From Macrostomum lignano (lineage: Eukaryota): DNA of 31,884 nucleotides. Where the stretch lies: positions 1 to 31,884 of the forward strand of contig NIVC01004904.1 in assembly GCA_002269645.1 (NCBI GenBank), written 5' to 3'. Both the position numbers and the translations under genes were made by a program. Positions 20,901 through 31,884 of the stretch are shown one piece after another. Numbering within the stretch: position 1 is the first letter of the stretch; every line of letters begins with the position of its first letter. Under the pieces are notes generated by a model. The model did not search any database. It was not told where the DNA came from and saw only the letters and a program-made list of their open reading frames with translations.

Positions 20901-23900
20901 ATCAAGTCTAACAGGCCTGACACTCAAAGCTGCAGTCTAATAGATGCAATCATCAAGTCTAACTGGCCTGACACTCAAAGCTGCAGTCTAATAGATGCAA
21001 TCATCAAGTCTAACTGGCCTGACACTCAAAGCTGCAGTCTAATAGATGCAATCATCAAGTCTAACAGGCCTGACACTCAAAGCTGCAGTCTAATAGATGC
21101 AATCATCAAGTCTAACTAGGCTGACACTCAAAGCTGCAGTCTAATAGATGCAATCATCAAGTCTAATAGGCCTGACACTCAAAGCTGCAGTCTAATAGAT
21201 GCAATCATCAAGTCTAACAGGCCTGACACTCAAAGCTGCAGTCTAATAGATGCAATCATCAAGTCTAACTGGCCTGACACTCAAAGCTGCAGTCTAATAG
21301 ATGCAATCATCAAGTCTAACAGGCCTGACACTCAAAGCTGCAGTCTAATAGATGCAATCATCAAGTCTAATTGGCCTGACACTCAAAGCTGCAGTCTAAT
21401 AGATGCAATTCAAGTCTAACAGGCCTGACACTCAAAGCTGCAGTCTAATAGATGCAATCATCAAGTCTAACTGGCCTGACACTCAAAGCTGCAGTCTAAT
21501 AGATGCAATCATCAAGTCTAATGGCCTGACACTCAAAGCTGCAGTCTAATAGATGCAATCATCAAGTCTAATTGGCCTGACACTCAAAGCTGCAGTCTAA
21601 TAGATGCAATCATCAAGTCTAATTGGCCTGACACTCAAAGCTGCAGTCTAATAGATGCAGTCATCAAGTCTAATTGGCCTGACACTCAAAGCTGCAGTCT
21701 AATAGATGCAATCATCAAGTCTAATTGGCCTGACACTCAAAGCTGCAGTCTAATAGATGCAGTCATCAAGTCTAATTGGCCTGACACTCAAAGCTGCAGT
21801 CTAATAGATGCAGTCATCAAGTCTAATTGGCCTGACACTCAAAGCTGCAGTCTAATAGATGCAATCATCAAGTCTAATTGGCCTGACACTCAAAGCTGCA
21901 GTCTAATAGATGCAGTCATCAAGTCTAATTGGCCTGACACTCAAAGCTGCAGTCTAATAGATGCAATCATCAAGTCTAATTGGCCTGACACTCAAAGCTG
22001 CAGTCTAATAGATGCAATCATCAAGTCTAATTGGCCTGACACTCAAAGCTGCAGTCTAATAGATGCAAGTCATCAAGTCTAATGGCCTGACACTCAAAGC
22101 TGCAGTCTAATAGATGCAATCATCAAGTCTAATTGGCCTGACACTCAAAGCTGCAGTCTAATAGATGCAAGCATCAAGTCTAATTGGCCTGACACTCAAA
22201 GCTGCAGTCTAATAGATGCAGTCATCAAGTCTAATGGCCTGACACTCAAAGCTGCAGTCTAATAGATGCAATCATCAAGTCTAATTGGCCTGACACTCAA
22301 AGCTGCAGTCTAATAGATGCAATCATCAAGTCTAACTGGCCTGACACTCAAAGCTGCAGTCTAATAGATGCAGTCATCAAGTCTAATGGCCTGACACTCA
22401 AAGCTGCAGTCTAATAGATGCAATCATCAAGTCTAACAGGCCTGACACTCAAAGCTGCAGTCTAATAGATGCAATCATCAAGTCTAACTGGCCTGACACT
22501 CAAAGCTGCAGTCTAATAGATGCAATCATCAAGTCTAACTGGCCTGACACTCAAAGCTGCAGTCTAATAGATGCAATCATCAAGTCTAACAGGCCTGACA
22601 CTCAAAGCTGCAGTCTAATAGATGCAATCATCAAGTCTAACTGGCCTGACACTCAAAGCTGCAGTCTAATAGATGCAATCATCAAGTCTAACTGGCCTGA
22701 CACTCAAAGCTGCAGTCTAATAGATGCAATCATCAAGTCTAACAGGCCTGACACTCAAAGCTGCAGTCTAATAGATGCAATCATCAAGTCTAACTGGCCT
22801 GACACTCAAAGCTGCAGTCTAATAGATGCAATCATCAAGTCTAATGGCCTGACACTCAAAGCTGCAGTCTAATAGATGCAATCATCAAGTCTAACTGGCC
22901 TGACACTCAAAGCTGCAGTCTAATAGATGCAATCATCAAGTCTAATAGCCTGACACTCAAAGCTGCAGTCTAATAGATGCAATCATCAAGTCTAACAGGC
23001 CTGACACTCAAAGCTGCAGTCTAAAGATGCAATCATCAAGTCTAACTGGCCTGACACTCAAAGCTGCAGTCTAATAGATGCAATCATCAAGTCTAACTGG
23101 CCTGACACTCAAAGCTGCAGTCTAATAGATGCAATCATCAAGTCTAACAGGCCTGACACTCAAAGCTGCAGTCTAATAGATGCAATCATCAAGTCTAACT
23201 GGCCTGACACTCAAAGCTGCAGTCTAATAGATGCAATCATCAAGTCTAACTGGCCTGACACTCAAAGCTGCAGTCTAATAGATGCAATCATCAAGTCTAA
23301 CAGGCCTGACACTCAAAGCTGCAGTCTAATAGATGCAATCATCAAGTCTAACTGGCCTGACACTCAAAGCTGCAGTCTAATAGATGCAATCATCAAGTCT
23401 AATGGCCTGACACTCAAAGCTGCAGTCTAATAGATGCAATCATCAAGTCTAACAGGCCTGACACTCAAAGCTGCAGTCTAATAGATGCAATCATCAAGTC
23501 TAACTGGCCTGACACTCAAAGCTGCAGTCTAATAGATGCAATCATCAAGTCTAACAGGCCTGACACTCAAAGCTGCAGTCTAATAGATGCAATCATCAAG
23601 TCTAATTGGCCTGACACTCAAAGCTGCAGTCTAATAGATGCAATCATCAAGTCTAACAGGCCTGACACTCAAAGCTGCAGTCTAATAGATGCAATCATCA
23701 AGTCTAACTAGGCCTGACACTCAAAGCTGCAGTCTAATAGATGCAATCATCAAGTCTAACTGGCCTGACACTCAAAGCTGCAGTCTAATAGATGCAGTCA
23801 TCAAGTCTAATTGGCCTGACACTCAAAGCTGCAGTCTAATAGATGCAATCATCAAGTCTAATTGGCCTGACACTCAAAGCTGCAGTCTAATAGATGCAGT

Positions 23901-26900
23901 CATCAAGTCTAATTGGCCTGACACTCAAAGCTGCAGTCTAATAGATGCAATCATCAAGTCTAATTGGCCTGACACTCAAAGCTGCAGTCTAATAGATGCA
24001 ATCATCAAGTCTAATTGGCCTGACACTCAAAGCTGCAGTCTAATAGATGCAGTCATCAAGTCTAATTGGCCTGACACTCAAAGCTGCAGTCTAATAGATG
24101 CAATCATCAAGTCTAATTGGCCTGACACTCAAAGCTGCAGTCTAATAGATGCAGTCATCAAGTCTAATTGGCCTGACACTCAAAGCTGCAGTCTAATAGA
24201 TGCAGTCATCAAGTCTAATTGGCCTGACACTCAAAGCTGCAGTCTAATAGATGCAATCATCAAGTCTAATTGGCCTGACACTCAAAGCTGCAGTCTAATA
24301 GATGCAATCATCAAGTCTAACTGGCCTGACACTCAAAGCTGCAGTCTAATAGATGCAATCATCAAGTCTAATTGGCCTGACACTCAAAGCTGCAGTCTAA
24401 TAGATGCAATCATCAAGTCTAATTGGCCTGACACTCAAAGCTGCAGTCTAATAGATGCAATCATCAAGTCTAACTGGCCTGACACTCAAAGCTGCAGTCT
24501 AATAGATGCAATCATCAAGTCTAATTGGCCTGACACTCAAAGCTGCAGTCTAATAGATGCAATCATCAAGTCTAACAGGCCTGACACTCAAAGCTGCAGT
24601 CTAAAGATGCAATCATCAAGTCTAACTGGCCTGACACTCAAAGCTGCAGTCTAATAGATGCAATCATCAAGTCTAACTGGCCTGACACTCAAAGCTGCAG
24701 TCTAATAGATGCAATCATCAAGTCTAACAGGCCTGACACTCAAAGCTGCAGTCTAATAGATGCAATCATCAAGTCTAACTGGCCTGACACTCAAAGCTGC
24801 AGTCTAATAGATGCAATCATCAAGTCTAACTGGCCTGACACTCAAAGCTGCAGTCTAATAGATGCAATCATCAAGTCTAACAGGCCTGACACTCAAAGCT
24901 GCAGTCTAATAGATGCAATCATCAAGTCTAACTGGCCGACACTCAAAGCTGCAGTCTAATAGATGCAGTCATCAAGTCTAATTGGCCTGACACTCAAAGC
25001 TGCAGTCTAATAGATGCAATCATCAAGTCTAATTGGCCTGACACTCAAAGCTGCAGTCTAATAGATGCAATCATCAAGTCTAATTGGCCTGACACTCAAA
25101 GCTGCAGTCTAATAGATGCAATCATCAAGTCTAATTGGCCTGACACTCAAAGCTGCAGTCTAATAGATGCAATCATCAAGTCTAATTGGCCTGACACTCA
25201 AAGCTGCAGTCTAATAGATGCAGTCATCAAGTCTAATTGGCCTGACACTCAAATCTGCAGTCTAATAGATGCAATCATCAAGTCTAATTGGCCTGACACT
25301 CAAAGCTGCAGTCTAATAGATGCAGTCATCAAGTCTAATTGGCCTGACACTCAAAGCTGCAGTCTAATAGATGCAGTCATCAAGTCTAATTGGCCTGACA
25401 CTCAAAGCTGCAGTCTAATAGATGCAATCATCAAGTCTAACAGGCCTGACACTCAAATCTGCAGTCTAATAGATGCAATCATCAAGTCTAACTGGCCTGA
25501 CACTCAAAGCTGCAGTCTAATAGATGCAGTCATCAAGTCTAATTGGCCTGACACTCAAAGCTGCAGTCTAATAGATGCAATCATCAAGTCTAACAGGCCT
25601 GACACTCAAAGCTGCAGTCTAATAGATGCAAGCATCAAGTCTAACTGGCCTGACACTCAAAGCTGCAGTCTAAAGATGCAGTCATCAAGTCTAACTGGCT
25701 GACACTCAAAGCTGCAGTCTAATAGATGCAATCATCAAGTCTAACAGGCCTGACACTCAAAGCTGCAGTCTAATAGATGCAATCATCAAGTCTAACTGGC
25801 CTGACACTCAAAGCTGCAGTCTAATAGATGCAATCATCAAGTCTAACTGGCCTGACACTCAAAGCTGCAGTCTAATAGATGCAATCATCAAGTCTAACAG
25901 GCCTGACACTCAAAGCTGCAGTCTAAAGATGCAATCATCAAGTCTAACTAGGCTGAACTCAAATCTGCAGTCTAATAGATGCAATCATCAAGTCTAATAG
26001 GCCTGACACTCAAATCTGCAGTCTAAAAGATGCAATCTTCAAGTCTAACTGGCCTGACACTCAAAGCTGCAAATAGATGCAATCATCAAGTCTAATTGGC
26101 CTGACACTCAAAGCTGCAGTCTAATAGATGCAATCATCAAGTCTAACAGGCCTGACACTCAAAGCTGCAGTCTAAAGATGCAAGCATCAAGTCTAACTGG
26201 CCTGACACTCAAAGCTGATGCAGTCATCAAGTCTAACTGGCTGACACTCAAAGCTGCAGTCTAATAGATGCAATCTGGCTGACACTCAAAGCTGCAGTCT
26301 AGATGCAATCATCAAGTCTAATGGCCTGACACTCAAAGCTGCAGTCTAATAGTCTGACACTCAAAGCTGCAGTCTAATCAGGGCCTGACACTCAAAGCTG
26401 CAGTCTAATGCAATCATCAAGTCTAATGACACTCAAAGCTGCAGTCTAATTGCACTCAAGTCTGCCTGACACTCAAAAGATGCAATCTTCAAGTCTAACT
26501 GGCCTGACACTCAAAGCTGCAGTCTAATAGATGCAATCATCAAGTCTAATTGGCCGGACACTCAAAGCTGCAGTCTAATAGATGCAATCATCAAGTCTAA
26601 TTGGCCTGACACTCAAATCTGCAGTCTAAAAGATGCAATCATCAAGTCTAACTGGCCTGACACTCAAAGCTGCAGTCTAATAGATGCAATCATCAAGTCT
26701 AATTGGCCTGACACTCAAAGCTGCAGTCTAATAGATGCAATCATCAAGTCTAATAGGCCTGACACTCAAATCTGCAGTCTAAAAGATGCAATCTTCAAGT
26801 CTAATTGGCCTGACACTCAAAGCTGCAGTCTAATAGATGCAATCATCAAGTCCAACTAGTCTGAAACTCAAATCTGCAGTCTAATAGATGCAATCATCAA

Positions 26901-27020
26901 GTCTAACTGGCCGGACACTCAAAGCTGCAGTCTAAAAGATGCAGTCATCAAGTCTAACTGGCCGGACACTCAAAGCTGCAGTCTAATAGATGCAGTCATC
27001 AAGTCTAACTGGCCGGACAC
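14991..27020. repeat. Large satellite array, 51-bp monomer, ~235 copies (~12 kb)
   Basis: Consensus GATGCAATCATCAAGTCTAATTGGCCTGACACTCAAAGCTGCAGTCTAATA. Variation is concentrated at GCAATC/GCAGTC/GCAAGC and TTGG/CTGG/CAGG/TAGG; one PstI site (CTGCAG) per monomer. Confidence 0.99.
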
Positions 27021-27383
27021 ACAACAGTTTTTTCTAGCTGATCTCACACGACAAGAAGACACTACACTGCACTGTATGGCCACAATTGCGATAGCAAAGC
27101 AGGGATTGGCTGCAGAAAAGCTTGGCCAATCCCAATTACAGAGCTGCACTCAGCAGCATTCCAGCGTCCTAAATCTACTCTTAGGCTTTCCCTCTGCATG
27201 CTCCCTACAAGCAGAAAGCAAAGCACTGTTTGTCAGGACGGTGTCAAACGAAAAAAGTTAATAAGCTATCAATCCATAATCAAGTCAAAGGGACAAAAGT
27301 GAGCAGTTGCCTCCAGCAGAAAGGGTACGTCAATCCATACCTATTATTGGACAGAGCTGTTTTAGCAATCCAGCATCCACAAA

Positions 27384-27471
27384 ATGAGCTCTGCGTTTGA
27401 CATCGAGATGGGCGCCTCAATCAGAGAGCTCACAAGGCGGCGCTCCAGCTTTGCTGTCGGAATGCAGGACG
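27384..27471 (+). CDS. Candidate first coding exon of an unidentified + strand gene (MSSAFDIEMGASIRELTRRRSSFAVGMQD, phase 1)
   Basis: AAAATG context at 27384, upstream TTTTAG acceptor ending at 27365, CpG-rich composition, and a G|GTAAGC donor at 27472 followed immediately by a minisatellite as in CCDC191 introns. No homolog recognised. Confidence 0.35.
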
Positions 27472-27475
27472 GTAA

Positions 27476-27760
27476 GCGCTCAGGGTGAACTGTCACTCAT
27501 TCTTAGCACTCAGGGTGAACTGTCACTCAATCTTAGCACTCAGGGTGAACTGTCACTCATTCTTAGCACTCGGGGTGAACTGTAACTCATTCTTAGCACT
27601 CAGGGTGAACTGTCACTCATTCTTAGCACTCGGGGTGAACTGTCACTCATTCTTAGCACTCAGGGTGAACCGTCACTCATTCTTAACAGTCAGTGTAAAC
27701 TTTTACCCAGAATGAAGTTGAATTGTCACTCGTTCTAAGCACTCAGAGTGAACTGTCTCT
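27476..27760. repeat. Minisatellite, 30-bp unit, 7 good copies plus a degenerate tail
   Basis: Unit CAGGGTGAACTGTCACTCATTCTTAGCACT at 27481, 27511, ... 27661. Confidence 0.95.
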
Positions 27761-28250
27761 ATGCCGAGTGAACCAAATCATCTGTGATTCCATAAGTTAT
27801 TTTTTCATATTCCCTTATATTTCTCTATTTTTTGAAAACTATTCAAAACTCTTACTTTCTTTCCTTATATAGGATTGACTATACTATTTAATTAGTCATG
27901 CAAGTTATAAAACTAATTGGATTTCAGGCTGAGGTGAATTTTATCCAGTTTTTCGGGGGCAGGATGTGTTTTTGTTATAATTTATAGCCAAGTTAATCAG
28001 AAAAACCCATTAACCCTTTTATACGGATGAATATGTCAGTTGGATGAATTAATTTAATTAAAAATCATTGATTAGATAAAGCCAATTAGATTTGTGAGCA
28101 GATGGCTAGTATGCAAGGTTCAAAAATAGTGTATTTTATTTTATTAACTCACAAAATACAACCGTACAGATTTTATTAATGGGGAATGTGCAATTTCATA
28201 GAAATAACTTACTTTGATAACTTAACCTAAGAGTCTCGGTTTCAAGCAGA

Positions 28251-29146
28251 CTTTAGAATGGCGCCTCAAGAAACAGCGCCTTTAGAATGGCGCCTCAAGA
28301 AACCGCGCCTTTAGAATGGCGCCTCAAGAAACAGCGTCTTTAGAATGGCGCCTCAAGAAACAGCGCCTTTAGAATGGCGCCTCAAGAAACAGCGCCTTTA
28401 GAATGGCGCCTCAAGAAACAGCGCCTTTAGAATGGCGCCTCAAGAAACAGCGCCTTTAGAATGGCGCCTCAAGAAACAGCGTCTTTAGAATGGCGCCTCA
28501 AGAAACAGCGCCTTTAGAATGGCGCCTCAAGAAACAGCGCCTTTAGAATGGCGCCTCAAGAAACAGCGTCTTTAGAATGGCGCCTCAAGAAACAGCATCT
28601 TTAGAATGGCGCCTCAAGAAACAGCGTCTTTAGAATGGCGCCTCAAGAAACAGCGTCTTTAGAATGGCGCCTCAAGAAACAGCGCCTTTAGAATGGCGCC
28701 TCAAGAAACAACGTCTTTAGAATGGCGCCTCAAGAAACAGCGCCTTTAGAATGGCGCCTCAAGAAACAGCGTCTTTAGAATGGCGCCTCAAGAAACAACG
28801 TCTTTAGAATGGCGCCTCAAGAAACAGCGCCTTTAGAATGGCGCCTCAAGAAACAGCGCCTTTAGAATGGCGCCTCAAGAAACAGCGCCTTTAGAATGGC
28901 GCCTCAAGAAACAGCGCCTTTAGAATGGCGCCTCAAGAAACAGCGCCTTTAGAATGGCGCCTCAAGAAACAGCGCCTTTAGAATGGCGCCTCAAGAAACA
29001 ACGTCTTTAGAATGGCGCCTCAAGAAACAGCGCCTTTAGAATGGCGCCTCAAGAAACAGCGCCTTTAGAATGGCGCCTCAAGAAACAGCGCCTTTAGAAT
29101 GGCGCCTCAAGAAACAGCGCCTTTAGAATGGCCCTCAAGAAACAGC
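28251..29146. repeat. Minisatellite, 29-bp unit, ~31 copies
   Basis: Unit TTTAGAATGGCGCCTCAAGAAACAGCGCC, very homogeneous, with variants CAGCGTC, CAACGTC and CAGCATC. Confidence 0.98.
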
Positions 29147-30747
29147 AAGAATGCAAAGAAACATACTAGTAGCTCGTGTTATGGGATTTTATATACAAGC
29201 TTTTTTAATTTATCTATGCATTGTGTAGGTGTATCACCTCACAAACAGCGTCTCAATAACAACTCCGCAAACATTACCTGTAGCTGCACATGCCAGCGTT
29301 CAATTCATCTGTGTGAACTCTTCCTCTTCCTCTAGTTCGTACAGTGCTCCAATGATCCGCTCTAAGCTGCAGCGCTTCACAAACACTTAGTAGCCAATGA
29401 CGTATTTTATGTATTGATTAGCCAGGAATAGGGGCGGTGAACTAAGGCATAGTGTAATAACGATAATAATTGCAGGAGGGCTGTGGGGCACCCTGGCGCC
29501 TTTTGCGACACCGTCCTACAAATAGCGCTGACGGCAATTCTGCCCGTTCCACTGACTTCACTGACTCCAATACTGTACGCAGGCACGCTTTCGTACACAC
29601 GCTCACACAGGGTGTACACCGGGCCTTTGAATTTCTAATCGTCAGGCAGGTACACTCTCTGTGTGTCTTCGCGGTTGGCCCGTCCTCATGGATTCGAACC
29701 AGGGGTCGTGAAGTATATGAGGCTCAGTAGTGGCAGAATGCTGGGGAAAATGCAGCTACTGAAGCCCAGACTGCAATACGTGTTCTCCTCTGACTTTGCT
29801 CGGTAATGTCGACGAAATTGCTAACTTTTTTGTCTTGTAATTGGATACCGCTGAGACTCTCGAGCAGGCAGGTGTTCATTTCTTTGTGTGCCTTTTGCCG
29901 TACAGCTCTTCTGCGCACTGCTTGATAAACATGAGCTTGCAGTGAGCAAGGCTACAGCACAGATGATGATGCGTGTCGTTGTTACCATGGGAGACCAAGG
30001 GGAAAGATGAATCGATAATGGGCGATGTTTTTGTTCAATAGGTGACATAATTATTTTTCGCTGCGACTTACGAAAGATCGTACGAAATACCCAGGCCAAT
30101 ATCTGTGCCACGCATGGATCGAACCCGGATCTTAGTACCTCTCCTTTTGCATCTTGTTATAAACCGAGAATTTGTTAATTCTCAACAACGAACTCATGCA
30201 GCGTTTTTGAAGTTCTTTCTCGAAGGACTCGAACAATTTCTAGAATACTCTGAGAGACTCGCAAATTGTGAGTACTTTCCCGCATTTAAATTTCTGTTTT
30301 ATGATAATTCTGCTATTTATTTGCTTCTTGGAAAATAAATATTTAATAGTGAAAATCCATGCTTATAGCTCTGCAGCGAATAAGGCAGCTTAGATACTGG
30401 AGCGCCTCGTGCAATGCTTAGTGCAAACTAACTGACAAATCCTTTAGCACTCTAATGGAGACTCGCTGTACTCGATAGGATTAGCCTGGCCAATCAAAAT
30501 CACAAGATGCAATAGGCTTTGTCATTAAAGAGAAACTAACTAGCTAGCTAGTTGTCTGTAATGCTAACTGTTGAGAAAGCCTTTGCGTCTCTTCAAAAAA
30601 GCATCAGGCATTGAAGAGTTCATTTTTATCTGAGGGGAAATTGCGAATGAGGGCAGACTGTAAGTAAAAAGGCCCTGAGAAAAAGAGTAGAACTAGATAG
30701 AAGCTCAGAGGTACAAGCCAACGGAGTATCTCTTAAACGATACGAAG

Positions 30748-31320
30748 GGTGAGATTCAGAGATGACAGGGTGAGATTCAGAGATGACAGTGTGAGATTCA
30801 GAACTGACAGGGTGAGATTCAGCAATAACAGTATGAGATTCGGAGATAACAGTGGGAGATTCGGAGATGACCAGGGTGAGATTCGGAGATGTCAGGGTGA
30901 TTCAAAGGTGACAGGGTAAGATTCAGAGATGACAGGGTCAGATTCGGAGATGACAGGGTGAGATTCAGAGATGACATGGTGAGATTTAGAGATGACAGTG
31001 TGAGATTCAAAGATGACAAGGTGAGATTCAGCAATAACAGTATGAGATTCGGAGATAACAGTGGGAGATTAGAAGATGAAAGTGGGAGATTCAGAGATGA
31101 CAGTGGGAGATTAGAAGATGAAAGTGGGAGATTCAGAGATGACATGACAGGGGAGATTAGGAGATGAAAGTGGGAGATTCAGAGATGACAGTGGGAGATT
31201 CGGAGATGTCAGGGTGATTCAAAGGTGACGGGGTAAGATTCAGAGATGACAGTGTGAGATTGAGATTACAGGATAAAATAAAAAATGGCAGGGTGAGATT
31301 TATGAAGGGTGAGATTTGAA
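30748..31320. repeat. Degenerate minisatellite, ~21-bp unit, ~25 copies
   Basis: Unit GAGATTCAGAGATGACAGGGT. Variant blocks recur (CAGCAATAACAGTATGAGATTCGG at ~30820 and ~31030). It explains ORFs 30819-31399. Confidence 0.92.
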
Positions 31321-31812
31321 AAGCTCTAACAAGTACTTCACCCCTAAGCAATATCCTTAGATTTGCAGTTGAATGCACTTTAGTAGCAACAGGCCACAAG
31401 CAGATGAGACAGGGTGGGGGAAAACAGTCGCTTCAAAGGCTGCGCGTGCTGCATCTCAATCCCCCCCAATGCCAATTCGAATTAAGGCTATGCAGGCCTA
31501 GAATCCCGAAAGAAACGGGTTTCCGAAGCAGACAAAAAGCAGCCAAGAAAGTAACAGAATCCGATTTCCTTCTACGCTGCGTGACTCTCAATGATCTGGG
31601 CATGAAGGAATTTCTCCCTAAGCGGTAGTAGTCTCAGGGTCGATTAGCCAGTCTTTTCCAGATGGGTCGGATTTCACTTTTGCCGCGCTATGGGCAAGCA
31701 ATTCCGGAAGCATTTCCTGGAAAGGCTGGACAAAGCATGTACAATTTTATTTTGTCTGCATGTTTCGTTTGCTGCACATGCTTAAGTAACTCAGCATTTT
31801 TCTGCCTTTCCC

Positions 31813-31884
31813 AGCCTCAGTCACTCCCCAGCCTCCAGTCACTCCCCAAACACATCAGCTCACTCTCCAGACTCAGTCACTCTC
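31813..31884. repeat. Start of a short-unit degenerate repeat (CAGTCACTCCCCA-like) running off the window end
   Basis: CAGTCACTC / CAGCTCACTC recurs four times in the last ~70 nt. Confidence 0.55.

Noticed and set aside
14949-24654. Long repetitive ORFs in the satellite (DAIIKSNWPDTQSCSLI)n as a repeat protein
   Set aside because: The 51-bp unit is a multiple of 3 and one of six frames happens to lack stops. Frequent 1-nt indels break the frame, and there are no unique domains or convincing splice signals.
29640-29760. tRNA gene on - strand (GGTTCGAATCC T-loop)
   Set aside because: The T-stem has a mismatch, and there is no A-box or D-arm, anticodon stem, or 5' acceptor strand at the expected distance. 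The similar motif near 30120 also fails to fold.
31618-31730. Possible terminal exon on - (…PFQEMLPELLAHSAAKVKSDPSGKDWLIDPETTTA*)
   Set aside because: It is only ~35 codons with an ambiguous acceptor, no recognised homology, and upstream exons would lie outside the window.

Overview
Eukaryotic (metazoan) genomic DNA with no prokaryotic features. GC/CpG-rich exons sit in AT-rich, minisatellite-filled introns, a style suggestive of a repeat-rich invertebrate such as the flatworm Macrostomum (inference only). From left to right: (1) a decayed, CpG-depleted Ty3/gypsy LTR retrotransposon on the - strand running off the left edge; (2) the terminal coding exon of a death-associated protein 1 (DAP1) family gene, with an apparent 1-nt frameshift; (3) a complete 5-exon CCDC191-like gene (5959-11519, 945 aa predicted) carrying about 8 Sfi1-like Trp repeats; (4) a convergent, intronless TMEM86/YhhN lysoplasmalogenase gene (13527-14246, -); (5) a ~12-kb array of a 51-bp satellite with higher-order structure; (6) about nine smaller tandem arrays (21-47 bp units), several sharing a CACTC...TTC-N3-GAA(T) core; (7) weak hints of a further + strand gene near 27.4-29.8 kb. 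I do not see a demonstrably new biological system. The best leads are the Sfi1-like repeats in CCDC191, the shared GAS-like core across unrelated minisatellites, and the DAP1 frameshift. Protein family calls come from remembered motifs, not database searches, and all counts were made by eye.
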